DNA of 64,000 bases from an uncultured delta proteobacterium (GCA_963695875.1 CAVOID010000010.1:128001-192000); one strand, 5' to 3'; shown: positions 23,178 to 34,155, counted from the stretch's first letter. Numbers and translations: made by a program. The notes: generated from the letters alone by a model not told the origin.

Positions 23178-24023
23178 ATGATATGGAGATTCATTCCTTA
23201 CAAGAAGTTGAGTGCCTTTGAAAATATGGCCATTGATGAGGCCATATTTCGGGAAAATCAACTGATAGATGCAGCACCGACTTTAAGATTTTACAGCTGG
23301 TCTCCGCCATCCATATCCTTGGGATATTTTCAGGAAACTTCAAAAGAAGTCGATGTTGAAGAGTGCAGACGTTATCACATAGATATTGTTCGGCGTCCAA
23401 CGGGGGGAAAGGCTGTCCTTCATGAGCATGACCTGACCTATGCAGTTGTCGCAAAAGAGAATAATCCCCTCTTCCCGCCGGACATTCTCGGAACATATAG
23501 AGTCATTAGTGGGTGTATATCAGATGCTCTGTCAGAGCTTGGTATCAAAGCTGAGATGGCAGATGACGGAAGAGCATCTCAAGATGAACTATTAAAGGCC
23601 TCCTGTTTTTCATCACCATCCCGGTATGAGCTCCTGGTTAAGAAGCGAAAAATATGCGGCAGTGCACAGGTGAGGTCACGTGGTGTTTTCCTTCAACATG
23701 GTTCAATTCTGCTTGATTTTGATCCCGTCAAAACCTGCGCTGTCCTGCTGTCGCGCCACAGTGATCGCGAAAGGCATGTCAAGCAGTTGCGAGAATCTGT
23801 TACATCAATCTATGAACACATCGGCCCCACAGTGAATGTAGCAATGATCTGCCATGCTTTGAGAAAAAATTTTGAGAAAAAATTAGGAGTTGAATTGGTT
23901 CAGAAAGAGATGACTCCCGAAGAGGAGATTCTTAAGACACAGCTGATGCGTGATAAATATATGAATGACAAATGGAATTTGGAAGGCAAGGGTGCCATAA
24001 GTGGATATAAATACTCTAATTAG
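23178..24023 (+). CDS. Lipoate-protein ligase / octanoyltransferase (LplA/LipM family)
   Basis: NMAIDEA, RRPTGGKAVLH, KICGSAQ, LQHGSIL. Confidence 0.9.
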   Translation: MIWRFIPYKKLSAFENMAIDEAIFRENQLIDAAPTLRFYSWSPPSISLGYFQETSKEVDVEECRRYHIDIVRRPTGGKAVLHEHDLTYAVVAKENNPLFPPDILGTYRVISGCISDALSELGIKAEMADDGRASQDELLKASCFSSPSRYELLVKKRKICGSAQVRSRGVFLQHGSILLDFDPVKTCAVLLSRHSDRERHVKQLRESVTSIYEHIGPTVNVAMICHALRKNFEKKLGVELVQKEMTPEEEILKTQLMRDKYMNDKWNLEGKGAISGYKYSN

Positions 24024-25062
24024 AAAGGAGGTGCTGAAGCAGGAAGGCTACCGCGCCGATTTCACATCCTGTCATGTTAAACTGGATGCAAATGAAAATC
24101 CTTTCACTATTCCGCCCTCCCTCAAGGAGAATTTATTCGAGGAGATGAAAAAGGTCTCCCTGAACCGGTATCCGGAACCCGGTGCCCTTCTTATCAGAAA
24201 ACGATTTGCCGAACACTACGGTGTAGACGAAGACATGATTATGATTGGTAACGGATCTGATGAACTTATTCAGATCCTGTGCAGCGCTTTAGTGGATTCA
24301 TCTTCATTCGTCATGGTACCGGTGCCCACTTTCGTCATGTACAGGATTATTGCTTTGAATACATGTCATGCAGTTGAGGAGGTGCCCCTCGATGCCTCAT
24401 TTGATTTGGATCAGGGCACGATGCTTGATCGGGTTTCCGCAAAATCTCCTGTGTTGGTATTCTTGAGTTATCCCAACAGTCCTACCGGCAATTGCTTCAA
24501 CGAAAGGATTGTAGAAGCTATTATAAGAGCATCGGCAGGCATTGTGGTAGTTGATGAGGCATATGGCAGCTTCTCGGGGAAAACCTTATTACCTCTATTG
24601 AAGCAGTACGACAATGTGGTCATTTTGAAAACCCTTTCCAAGGTAGGACTTGCCGCCATGAGAATAGGCTTCTTGATCGGTCCTTCTTCCCTCGTTAATG
24701 AACTTGATAAAGTTAGGCTCCCCTATAATATCAATACCCTTTCACAAGTTGCAGCCGGTTTTTATCTAAATCACATTGACATTTTTTTAAGCCAGACTGC
24801 AGAGGTTATTGTAAGACGGGAACAACTCTTGGAAGCTTTAAGAAAAATTGAGGGCATTCATCCCTATCCGTCTGATGCGAATTTTATTTTTTTTAGTTGC
24901 GACTTTGATACAGATAGAGTATATAGATCGCTAATTCAGAATGGAATTCTTATAAAGAATTTGAACGGTCCTGGAATCTTGAAAAATTGTATGAGAGTAA
25001 CCGTGGGAAACCGCGAAGAAAATGAAGAATTTCTAAAGGCATTAAGGAAAATCCTTATTTAA
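24001..25062 (+). CDS. hisC: Histidinol-phosphate aminotransferase
   Basis: KLDANENP, NRYP, GNGSDELI, PNSPTG, VDEAY, KTLSK. Confidence 0.92.
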   Translation: MDINTLIRKEVLKQEGYRADFTSCHVKLDANENPFTIPPSLKENLFEEMKKVSLNRYPEPGALLIRKRFAEHYGVDEDMIMIGNGSDELIQILCSALVDSSSFVMVPVPTFVMYRIIALNTCHAVEEVPLDASFDLDQGTMLDRVSAKSPVLVFLSYPNSPTGNCFNERIVEAIIRASAGIVVVDEAYGSFSGKTLLPLLKQYDNVVILKTLSKVGLAAMRIGFLIGPSSLVNELDKVRLPYNINTLSQVAAGFYLNHIDIFLSQTAEVIVRREQLLEALRKIEGIHPYPSDANFIFFSCDFDTDRVYRSLIQNGILIKNLNGPGILKNCMRVTVGNREENEEFLKALRKILI

Positions 25063-25094
25063 GTAAGGAGTGTGGTTTAATATAAGTAACAGCA

Positions 25095-25162
25095 CAGGGT
25101 AGTATACGGCAAGGTTCATGTATTATTATGTCTGGCGCCGTACTGCCCTTTTTTTGTTTTTT
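25095..25162 (+). terminator. Probable intrinsic terminator after hisC (large loop)
   Basis: AGGGTAGTA..CGGC pairs with GCCGTACTGCCCT, followed by a long T run. Confidence 0.5.
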
Positions 25163-25247
25163 CAATATCTTTAATTGACATATGTACATTAAGTGTAACA
25201 AATAATGAATTATTTTATTATAAAAGATAAAGAAAGGAAGGGTTGTT

Positions 25248-25439
25248 TTGGAAGTAAAAGTATACGACAATGACATAGAAAAAGCCTTGAAAATCCTTAA
25301 GAACAAACTTTCAAAAAGTGGGTTGTTCAAGGAACTTAAATTGCGCAGAGCCTATGAAAAGCCCTCAGTAAAGAGGAAGCGCAAAGCCATCGAAGCACGC
25401 AGGCGTTATGCCAAGGTTCAGCGGCGTAGAAGTTACTGA
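25248..25439 (+). CDS. rpsU: 30S ribosomal protein S21
   Basis: IEKALK.LK, YEKPSVKRKRK. Confidence 0.95.
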   Translation: MEVKVYDNDIEKALKILKNKLSKSGLFKELKLRRAYEKPSVKRKRKAIEARRRYAKVQRRRSY

Positions 25440-25515
25440 CAACAGAACTTTTATGCGACAGCATCATAATTTAACGAAAGCGGGGATTCCTGGCCAATGC
25501 TACTAGTCCCGGAAC

Positions 25516-26178
25516 GTGCTCAGTATGGATGAAAAACAATATCTGGTTGACGCTTTATCCATCGAGGAGTCTTGGCGGATATTCCGCATCATGGCTGAAT
25601 TTGTGGAAGCCATTGAAACTCTTTCCCAGGTGAAGCACGCTGTCACTATTTTTGGATCAGCAAGGGTTCTTCCCGACGATCCATACTATAAGAAGGCAGA
25701 GTATCTTGCAGGGAAGCTTGCGGAGAATGGCTTTAGTGTGATTACGGGAGGTGGTCCCGGCATCATGGAAGCGGCCAACAAGGGTGCCGCAGAGGCTGGC
25801 GGCAAATCGGTAGGAATGAATATCCGACTCCCCTATGAACAGAAACCAAACCCATATGCCAATACAATTATCGAATATAAATATTTCTTCATTCGTAAAG
25901 TGATGTTTGTCAAATATGCCGTAGCTTATGTGATCCTGCCGGGGGGGTTTGGGACCATGGATGAGCTTTTTGAGGCCATGACTCTGATTCAGACAAAAAG
26001 AATAAAATGCTTTCCTGTCATTTTGATGGGAAGTGACTACTGGAAGGGTTTAATTGACTGGATAAGAAACACTATGCTTCAAAACGACAAAATTGAACCT
26101 TGTGATCTCGAAATTATACACGTCATTGATGATCCTGACGAAATAGTCAAACATATTAAGAAATTTGTCATTCTCTAA
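25516..26178 (+). CDS. LOG family nucleotide phosphoribohydrolase (TIGR00730-like)
   Basis: IFGSAR, TGGGPGIMEAANKG, PGGFGTMDE. Confidence 0.92.
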   Translation: MLSMDEKQYLVDALSIEESWRIFRIMAEFVEAIETLSQVKHAVTIFGSARVLPDDPYYKKAEYLAGKLAENGFSVITGGGPGIMEAANKGAAEAGGKSVGMNIRLPYEQKPNPYANTIIEYKYFFIRKVMFVKYAVAYVILPGGFGTMDELFEAMTLIQTKRIKCFPVILMGSDYWKGLIDWIRNTMLQNDKIEPCDLEIIHVIDDPDEIVKHIKKFVIL

Positions 26179-26253
26179 AAACTCTGTGGCATTTAATCTG
26201 ACACGCTATAACCAAGATACAATTAACCCTGGCTAAAAAGAGCTGCGGTCAGC

Positions 26254-27620
26254 ATGATTGATGTTGAAAAGATACTGACGGATCTTAAGAAAGGGAGTAA
26301 ATCCCCTTCGCCTTGTTATTTCCTCTACGGTGAAGAAGAATATCTTGTCAAAGATGCCCTGAATAGAATCATAGCGACTATCCTTCCTGCAAGCGACAGA
26401 GACCTGAATCTCTTTTTCATGGATGGAGAAAACGAAGACATAGACATCCTGTGCGAAACGATTCTGACACCTCCTCTCATTCCGGGGAAAAAAATTGTCG
26501 TATTAAGAAATACCCGTCTATTCCAATCCAGAAAAATCCTCCCAGAAATAATACAAAAAATGCGCAGCCATTTTGAAAAGGATCCCGACACGGCAGCAAA
26601 GTACTTTATGCACTTTCTAAAGATAACGGGCTGGAACCTCGATGACCTAAGAAATGACGGTTGGAAGAAAATAACAGACGAAGACTGGCAAAAAACTGTT
26701 GAAGGGGATGATGGACATGATCGAGAAACCTGGCTTCCCGGAATAATAGAGGTTTGTGTCAGCCGCGGGATGGATGTGAGTCAAATTAAGGATGATACGG
26801 ATCGCCTCGAAGATATCCTGGAAAAGAGGCATCCCAGAAGGAAATCACCTGATCATGACTGCGGAAACGGTGGATAAAAGAAAGAGACTTTTCAGGATCA
26901 TATCCGAGATCGGTGTAATCCTTCATTTTTCTCAGGTGAGAGGTGAGACCAGGCAGAAGAATGCCTTGATAGGTACGGCTAAGGATCTTTTGGCTAAAAC
27001 CGGGAAAAAACTTACGCAGGATGCGTGGATCGCGATCGGCAAAAAAACAGGTTTTAATCTCGCTGATTCTATGGGAGCCCTGGAAAAGTTAATCGCTTAC
27101 ACGGGTGAGAGGATGTTGATTGAGGATTCAGATGTCGAAGAGGTTGTGGGAAAGACAAAGGAAAATACCGTATTCGATTTAACAAGAGCACTCGTCGATA
27201 AAGATCTTAACATGGCCCTCTTCAAACTTGAAAGACCTTTTCGATCAGGGTGTTAACCACTTATTAATACTGTCGATGATAGCGAGGGAAATCAGATTTC
27301 TCCTCCATGCCAAGACGTTTATTAGATCGGGGAAGCTTAGCTCCTTTCATCCGAACATGGACTACGACCTTTTCCAAAAGTCCGATTATCCGGTCATCCA
27401 GGAATTGATCGGCAATACAGGGAAGAAAGGGAGCAGAGGGGATCTAGGTTCTCAACATCCCTATGTTGTTTATAATGCCCTGAAAAATTCATATCGATTC
27501 TCATATGAACACCTGGTAAAATATCTTGAAGACCTCGTCGATATGGATATCGCCTTCAAGACAACAACGAAAGACCCACGGTTTCTGCTGGAGCGCTTTA
27601 TCATTAATGTATGCACATAA
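26254..27620 (+). CDS. holA: DNA polymerase III delta subunit (two frameshifts)
   Basis: YFLYGEEEYL, VDKRKRLF, LEKLIAY, TVFDLT, HPYV, FLLE across ORFs 26254-26877, 26792-27256, 27228-27620. Confidence 0.82.
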
Positions 27621-27654
27621 ACACTAAAGAGTGGTTTAAAAATCATGCTTTTTC

Positions 27655-27821
27655 CAGGCTGTTCAAAAATGTATGGATCAAGGCACTCCCTTCGACATGC
27701 TCAGGATAAACTCACCCGAGGAATGACAGGTACACAGAAGTATGTTGAATAAACCTGCCCCGGACTTGATCCAGGAATGGGCGCAGTGCAATATAACAGA
27801 TGGGCATTTTTCAACAGCCTG
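27655..27821 (+). mobile_element. Family A MITE-like element with nested palindromic modules
   Basis: 17-bp TIR CAGGCTGTTCAAAAATG / CATTTTTCAACAGCCTG (1 mismatch); internal CCCTTCGACATGCTCAGG and CCTGCCCCGGACTTGATCCAGG modules. Confidence 0.7.
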
Positions 27822-27827
27822 TATAGA

Positions 27828-28365
27828 TTAAAGCTTCCGGATTCTTACTCTTGCCGCCTTTTTTTTCCGGGAAAGTCTCCTTGATGGTCCTTTCTTCTTT
27901 ACATTTGCCGTAGTTTCATCCTCCTTATCCCTGTCACATCTTTCTTCAGTATAGGAGGATGGATCAGGCAGACCGGTTTTAAGCCTGCTGATAAGCTCTT
28001 CGAACTCCTGGGAAGATATTGCAGTCCCTCCTCTTCGAATGACAAAATTGGCAATATCCCTGTCCGATGTGACGACAACGATTTCTTCTCCCATTTTTTC
28101 AACCCTTCGCTTGATGACATCATCTGCCTTCTCACCCCTCCGAGAATAAATGATGTCAATGCCCTCCTGTCGATCTCGCTCTTCCTCGGCAGGGCCGCTT
28201 TCCCAGCCGTCAAAGACAACAGTCACCTTATGTCCCTTTTGCTTCCTATACACTGCTATGAAGCGTATCAGAGCCTTTCGGCCTTCTTCTAGGCTGAATC
28301 TCTCATACCGCCTCAGTGCAATCGGATTGTCTTATCAGGTTATACCCGTCGATAATAATATGCAT
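27828..28365 (-). CDS. YacP-like NYN domain RNase (frameshift near 28318)
   Basis: MHIIIDGYNLI start read by hand; VVFDG, ADDVI, VVTSD motifs. Confidence 0.85.
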
Positions 28366-28693
28366 TATAGTTCATACCAATTTTATTTCATCCAGAAAGG
28401 TGAGACACTTTTCCTACTATAGAAAAGCTTGGGCATCCCACTCGACATAATTTATTATCCGTGCAATTCCGGTTTTTACTTGACCTCAGTACTATGCTTC
28501 TGCTATTTTTTACTCGTTTTTATATTAGAAGGTTCTTTACAGGTCAATCCCTACCATAATAATCTCCTGCAAGAGAGTATTAATAATATAATACTACCAT
28601 GGCTTAGCTAAGATTTAAATGATCATTAACCGTTTTAATATCTACATAAAACCTTCAACTTCGAGTAACTTTTAAAATACAAGGAGGGGCGAT

Positions 28694-30337
28694 ATGCCAG
28701 AGAAAATCTATCAGCCGGGAGAATGTTACAAGTATCAACTAATCCTCAAACATTTGCTTGAGACCCCCCTTTTCTTTGCCCCAGATCAGCAGATCGTTTA
28801 CAGAGATAAAGTTCGTCTCACATACAGAATGTTTAATGAGCGCATCCACAGATTGGCCAATGCTCTAAAATTACTGGGTGTCAAGATGGGTGATACGGTT
28901 TGTGTGTTTGATTATGACAGCCATCGTTATCTGGAGTGTTTCTTTGCCATACCTATGATGGGAGCGGTTCTTCATACTCAGAACTGGCGGTTATCTCCGG
29001 AACAGATCCTCTACACAATGAATCACGCGGAGGATGATGTTGTCCTGATCCATTCCGATTTTTTACCCATTCTGGAGGCGATAAAGGATAAACTAACCAC
29101 CGTCAAAAAGGTTGTCCTGATCACCGATGATGATCAAAGACCGGCTACAAAGCTAAATATCGATATAGAGTATGAAGAGATGCTGCGGGGAGCATCCAGA
29201 CATTATGATTTTCCTGATTTAGATGAATATACGAGGGCGACAACATTTTATACCACTGGAACAACAGGAGCCCCAAAGGGTGTTTATTTTTCCCACAGGC
29301 AACTTGTGCTTCATACACAGGCAGGCCTAATCGGGTTAGGCGCCTATGAATCGGTTGCCAGATTCCGGTCAAATGATGTTTACATGCCGATTACCCCCAT
29401 GTTTCATGTCCACGCCTGGGGAATCCCCTATATTGCAACCTTGCTGGGTGTGAAGCAGGTCTACCCCGGCAGATACGAGCCAGAGATGCTCATGAAGCTT
29501 ATCTTGACAGAGAAGGTCACTTTCTCCCACTGTGTTCCGACGATTCTTCATATGCTTGTGAGCAGTCCCGCAGTCAAGAAACTGGACTTGTCCAAATGGA
29601 AGGTGATTATCGGTGGTTCGAGGCTTCCTAAGGGACTGGCTAAGGCAACAATGGATCTGGGAATTCAGATTTTTTCCGGTTACGGGATGTCAGAGACCTG
29701 CCCGGTGATCTCGCTGGCAAATCTTAAGCCGCACATGCTTGATTGGAACAAGGAGAATCAGATAGATAAATTGATCATGACGGGACTCCCGATACCATTT
29801 GTGTACGCGAGAATTGTAGATCATTCAGGAAAAGATGTGCCGCATAATGGCGAATCGACAGGCGAGCTAATTTTAAGAGCACCGTGGCTGACAGAAACTT
29901 ATTTCAACGATCCTGAAAGGACCAAGGATTTATGGAAGGGTGGATGGCTTTACACGGGCGATGTAGCTAATATTGACCCGGCTGGGTACATTCAGATTAC
30001 GGATAGGACCAAAGATGTTATCAAGACAGGAGGGGAATGGATTTCTTCTCTCGAACTGGAGAATCTGATCAGCCAGCATGAGGCCGTGTCGGAAGCGGCA
30101 GCGATCGGTATCCCTGATGACAAATGGGGGGAGCGACCTTTATTGATCGTTGTCCTGAGACCTGAATACAAAGACAAGGTCAGCAATGAAGACTTGCAGA
30201 AATTCATGGCGAAATTTGCAAAAGAGGGCAAAATCCCGAAGTATGGTGTGCCTGATCGCTACCTCATCGTTGATGGGATTCCCAAGACCAGTGTAGGTAA
30301 GATTAATAAAATTCAACTGAGAAAATTATATGGATAG
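28694..30337 (+). CDS. Fatty acid-CoA ligase (AMP-forming)
   Basis: YTTGTTGAPKG, MFHVHAWG, GYGMSET, TGD, DRTKDVIKTGGEW, PKTSVGK. Confidence 0.93.
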   Translation: MPEKIYQPGECYKYQLILKHLLETPLFFAPDQQIVYRDKVRLTYRMFNERIHRLANALKLLGVKMGDTVCVFDYDSHRYLECFFAIPMMGAVLHTQNWRLSPEQILYTMNHAEDDVVLIHSDFLPILEAIKDKLTTVKKVVLITDDDQRPATKLNIDIEYEEMLRGASRHYDFPDLDEYTRATTFYTTGTTGAPKGVYFSHRQLVLHTQAGLIGLGAYESVARFRSNDVYMPITPMFHVHAWGIPYIATLLGVKQVYPGRYEPEMLMKLILTEKVTFSHCVPTILHMLVSSPAVKKLDLSKWKVIIGGSRLPKGLAKATMDLGIQIFSGYGMSETCPVISLANLKPHMLDWNKENQIDKLIMTGLPIPFVYARIVDHSGKDVPHNGESTGELILRAPWLTETYFNDPERTKDLWKGGWLYTGDVANIDPAGYIQITDRTKDVIKTGGEWISSLELENLISQHEAVSEAAAIGIPDDKWGERPLLIVVLRPEYKDKVSNEDLQKFMAKFAKEGKIPKYGVPDRYLIVDGIPKTSVGKINKIQLRKLYG

Positions 30338-30348
30338 GAGGACGAGAA

Positions 30349-31491
30349 ATGGATTTTGAATTGACCGATGAACTGAAGATGTTGAAGGAGATGGCATATA
30401 AATTTGCCTTGGCCGAGTTTTCGGAAGCATCTCATGAATGCGATGAGGACGAGAAATATACTCCGGAGATCCGTAAGAAAGCAGCAGAAAATGGTCTTGT
30501 CGGAGCCTGGATTCCCGAAGCATATGGTGGCGCGGGTGCAGGTTTTTTAGGCAATGCCATCATAACCGAAGAACTGTCCAAGGTGGACATGGGAATTGGA
30601 TTAAATGTTGTCGCTGCTACATTTGGCTGTGAATCTATATTGCACTTCGGCTCGGAACAACAAAAAAAGAAATATCTCCCTCCTGTATGCAGAGGGGAGC
30701 AGGTCAGTGCCGGGGCCTTTACAGAACCTAATGCTGGTACCGACGTCGCAGGATACAGAGCAAAGGCTCTGAAAGACGGAAGTGACTATATCATTACTGG
30801 AAACAAGATGTTCATCACTAACGGGAGTGTCTGCGATTTCATGGTTGCCCAGTGTATTACCAACCCGGAAGAAAAGAAGCACAACAGTTTCAGTCTCATT
30901 ATAGTTCCCTCTGATACCAAGGGGATAACCCGAAACAAGATCCATGGGAAGATGGGCATCCGGTCCAGTGACACGGCAGAAATCGCTTTTGAGGATGTGA
31001 GGGTTCCGCAGTCCAATTTGGTCGGCAAGGCAGGCAACGGTTTCCGCCAGTTGATGCACTTTTTTGATACAACCAGGGTGATGGTTTCGGCCCAGGCACT
31101 TGGACTTTCTGAAGCATGTCTGGAGACAAGCATTAAGTATGTAAAGGAGAGAACGGCATTTGGCGCCCCCTTGGGTTCCTTCCAATTAACTCAGATGAAA
31201 CTTACCGAAATGGCAATTAAGATAGAGGCGCTACGAGGGCTTATCTACAAAGCGGCCTGGCTGGTCGATGAGGGCCGTCCTGACTATACATTGGCCGCAA
31301 TGGCAAAATACTTCGGTGGGCAGACAGCCGTGTTCTGTGCTAATTATGCAGTCGAACTTCACGGCGGGTATGGCTATATTGACGAGTACAACGTCCAGAA
31401 ATGGTACCGAGATGCGAAGATTCTTGAGCTTTACGAAGGAACCAAGGAAGCCGAGATCATGACCATAGGCAGAATTCTACAGGCGCGGTAG
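30349..31491 (+). CDS. Acyl-CoA dehydrogenase
   Basis: FTEPNAGTD, GNKMFITNG, KMGIR, HGGYGY, LYEGT. Confidence 0.95.
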   Translation: MDFELTDELKMLKEMAYKFALAEFSEASHECDEDEKYTPEIRKKAAENGLVGAWIPEAYGGAGAGFLGNAIITEELSKVDMGIGLNVVAATFGCESILHFGSEQQKKKYLPPVCRGEQVSAGAFTEPNAGTDVAGYRAKALKDGSDYIITGNKMFITNGSVCDFMVAQCITNPEEKKHNSFSLIIVPSDTKGITRNKIHGKMGIRSSDTAEIAFEDVRVPQSNLVGKAGNGFRQLMHFFDTTRVMVSAQALGLSEACLETSIKYVKERTAFGAPLGSFQLTQMKLTEMAIKIEALRGLIYKAAWLVDEGRPDYTLAAMAKYFGGQTAVFCANYAVELHGGYGYIDEYNVQKWYRDAKILELYEGTKEAEIMTIGRILQAR

Positions 31492-31501
31492 CTGTACAAA
31501 G

Positions 31502-31678
31502 AATCCCCCGTGCCCCTTTGAGACTGTGTCACAATGTCATTATGAGGCGTGAAACGATCGAAGCAATCTCGTAACGAGCTAGAGATAAAAAGATTGCAAC
31601 GCTCCCTTTGGTCGCTGACAATGACAAATAAGAATTGTGGCACTGTCTCCTTAATAGTAAAGTGGGCATGGTGGATTT
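31502..31678. repeat. Triple-nested palindromic element (family C halves, 16-bp TIR element, family B core)
   Basis: AATCCCCCGTGCCCCTTT...AAAGTGGGCATGGTGGATTT enclosing GAGACTGTGTCACAAT...ATTGTGGCACTGTCTC enclosing TGTCATT...AATGACA. Confidence 0.7.
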
Positions 31679-31815
31679 TTAAATTTTGAATCTATATTAC
31701 TTGTCCAAGATAGCCTTCCTTAGTAAGACGCTTGACAGAATAGTCAAGAAAGCCCATGAGCCCGGCCATATTTAAAATGATTCCTGGCGAGTCTAAACCA
31801 CACTACTGATAATCG

Positions 31816-33117
31816 ATGTACACACTGTATAACATCCTGCTATTGATAGCAGCCCTTTTTGCTTTCCCCTATTATGCATTAAAGATGATGCTGACGGGAA
31901 AGTACAGAAAAAGCATCGGGCCAAAGTTCGGCTTCATCAGACCTGAATCTTTTACTAATATGAAAGGCAGTCCCAGGATATGGATGCACGCCGTATCGGT
32001 CGGTGAGGTGACGGCTGCTGCCCCTATTGTTGCTTCCCTCAGAGAACATTTTCCTGAAGCCTGCATCATACTATCAACCAGCACAGAAACAGGCCAGGAG
32101 ATGGCTCGCAGGATTGTAACCGCAGCCACGTCTTTCATATATTATCCCCTTGACATTCCCTTCGTAGTCAGAAAGGTTATCAGCCAGGTGAACCCCGATA
32201 TCTTCATCCTGACAGAAACGGAACTCTGGCCCAATTTTATCAGGACATGCAAAGAACGAGGCGTGAAGGTCATTATGGTCAATGGACGCATCTCGCCCCG
32301 CTCTTTTAAGAAATATGCCATGACGGTTTTTTTCTGGAAAAGCATCTTGAACGCGATCGATGAAGCGGGTGTGATTTCAGAGATTGATGCCGAGAGGCTT
32401 AGTCAGCTCGGCATGTTGCCATCGAGAATTCACATATTGGGAAACGCAAAGTACGACAGTCTGGCAGCGAATGCATCTCCGGAGATTCAGGAAGAGATGG
32501 AGAGAAAGTTGAATCTTGCAAAAGACGACAGGGTCTTTGTAGCGGGAAGTACTCACGATGGTGAGGAAAAAATCATCCTGAACGTTTACGGAAAACTCCT
32601 CAAGACATACCCCGACTTCAAATTGATTATTATCCCCCGGCATCCCGATAGAGGGCAGTCAGTCCTTGCCATGGCTAAAGAGGCTGGAGTTAACGATTGC
32701 ATAACAATGACAGAAATCAACAGTGGAAAACAGCGGGCCACAGAACGCGTCATCATCATCGATGTCATTGGCGAACTTTTCAAGGTATATAGTCTAGCTA
32801 CCACTGTCTTTTGCGGAGGCTCCCTTGTGCCAAAAGGTGGGCAGAACATCCTCGAACCCGCTGCATGGGGCAAGGTCATCTTTTATGGACCTTACATGGA
32901 AGACTTCAGAGACGAAGAAGATCTTTTAGAAAAGACCGGTGCTGGGATAATGGTTAGAAACGGTGAAGAATTATTGGGTGGTATTTTGAGGCTCATGGCT
33001 GATCCTGATGCACTCTCCAAGAAAGGAGAGGATGGGCGCAAGATTGTGTCCGCAAATATGGGTGCCGCTCAACGATACGCAGGAATGATCAGGCGGCACA
33101 TAGCATCCAATGCTTAA
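31816..33117 (+). CDS. waaA: 3-deoxy-D-manno-octulosonic acid transferase
   Basis: WMHAVSVGE, ETELWPN, NGRIS, GSTH, PRHP, GGSLVPKGGQNILEPA. Confidence 0.95.
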   Translation: MYTLYNILLLIAALFAFPYYALKMMLTGKYRKSIGPKFGFIRPESFTNMKGSPRIWMHAVSVGEVTAAAPIVASLREHFPEACIILSTSTETGQEMARRIVTAATSFIYYPLDIPFVVRKVISQVNPDIFILTETELWPNFIRTCKERGVKVIMVNGRISPRSFKKYAMTVFFWKSILNAIDEAGVISEIDAERLSQLGMLPSRIHILGNAKYDSLAANASPEIQEEMERKLNLAKDDRVFVAGSTHDGEEKIILNVYGKLLKTYPDFKLIIIPRHPDRGQSVLAMAKEAGVNDCITMTEINSGKQRATERVIIIDVIGELFKVYSLATTVFCGGSLVPKGGQNILEPAAWGKVIFYGPYMEDFRDEEDLLEKTGAGIMVRNGEELLGGILRLMADPDALSKKGEDGRKIVSANMGAAQRYAGMIRRHIASNA

Positions 33118-33150
33118 CTCAGGACTCCTAAATCCTAATATCATCAAGTG

Positions 33151-33221
33151 TGTCATTTCGAAGGAGCGTAGTGACTGAGAAATCATCAATGTTGAAAAAG
33201 ATTTCTCCTGCGGTCGAATGG
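33151..33221. repeat. Family B palindromic element
   Basis: TGTCATTTCGA...GAGAAATC / GATTTCTC...TCGAATGG; flanked by CTAATATCAT / ATGATGTTAG. Confidence 0.65.
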
Positions 33222-33251
33222 TGCTAATAAAATGATGTTAGCCTCTAATCG

Positions 33252-34151
33252 CTACCCTTCGGCCCTCTTCAGGTATTCATTCCACTTGGTGTCGACCCAC
33301 CTTTGCAGTTGTCTCAACTGTTCGATGCTCATCTTTTTGAATCGTCCCTGTCTTTCCACGTAATTGATGACAGGCAGTTTGTTCCCCTTTTCCGCCAAGG
33401 TCTTGCTTCTGCCGGTGAAACGAAATTTACCGTCCTCAATCTCGAAGAGAACGACGATACCGGTTTCCACGGCAAGTCTCCCGATACGCACGGTGTCCTT
33501 AGGTGCATAGCCCCATCCAGGCGGGCAGGGGACGGCGATCTGCATGTACCGCGATCCCTTGATGCGCTTAGCCTTGACAAATTTATCATACAGGTCAATA
33601 GGATAAGCTGGTGAAGTGGTGGCGAGATAAGGCAGGTCATGGGCTTCCATGATTCGCAGCATATCCTTCTTCGGCTGCTGTTTGGTCAGCACCGGCGTGG
33701 TGGTAGTCAGTGCACCTATTGGCGTGGCGCTGGAACGCTGAGTACCCGTATTCATATACCCTTCGTTGTCGTAACAGACGTAAATGAAGTCCGTACCTCT
33801 TTCGGCTGCCCCGCTCAGGGCCTGGATGCCCATATCGAAGGTTCCTCCATCCCCGGCAATCGCCACGGCCGTGATGTCCGTGCGGTTCAGGGCATTCAGG
33901 CCGGCGACTATACCTGCTGCTGAGGCTGCCGTACTGGCGAATGTGCAATTCAGAGCAGGAATGGTTACGGATGTTGTCGGATACAGGCCGTGGAGAACAG
34001 TCAGGCAGCAGGCCGGAAAAGTCAGAATCGTATTTTCACGTAACGCCTTCAGGACGTAGCGATAAGCCAGGGACAAGCCGCAACCCTGGCAAGCCCTCTG
34101 CCCCGGGAGCATATACTCTTCAATATTTACCTTGAACAGGTTCTCCGGCAT
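33252..34151 (-). CDS. 2-oxoacid:ferredoxin oxidoreductase beta (TPP-binding) subunit
   Basis: ACQGCG, GDGGTFD, YDNEGYMNTG.QRS, PCP.GW. Confidence 0.92.
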   Translation of the reverse strand: MPENLFKVNIEEYMLPGQRACQGCGLSLAYRYVLKALRENTILTFPACCLTVLHGLYPTTSVTIPALNCTFASTAASAAGIVAGLNALNRTDITAVAIAGDGGTFDMGIQALSGAAERGTDFIYVCYDNEGYMNTGTQRSSATPIGALTTTTPVLTKQQPKKDMLRIMEAHDLPYLATTSPAYPIDLYDKFVKAKRIKGSRYMQIAVPCPPGWGYAPKDTVRIGRLAVETGIVVLFEIEDGKFRFTGRSKTLAEKGNKLPVINYVERQGRFKKMSIEQLRQLQRWVDTKWNEYLKRAEG

Positions 34152-34155
34152 ATTT

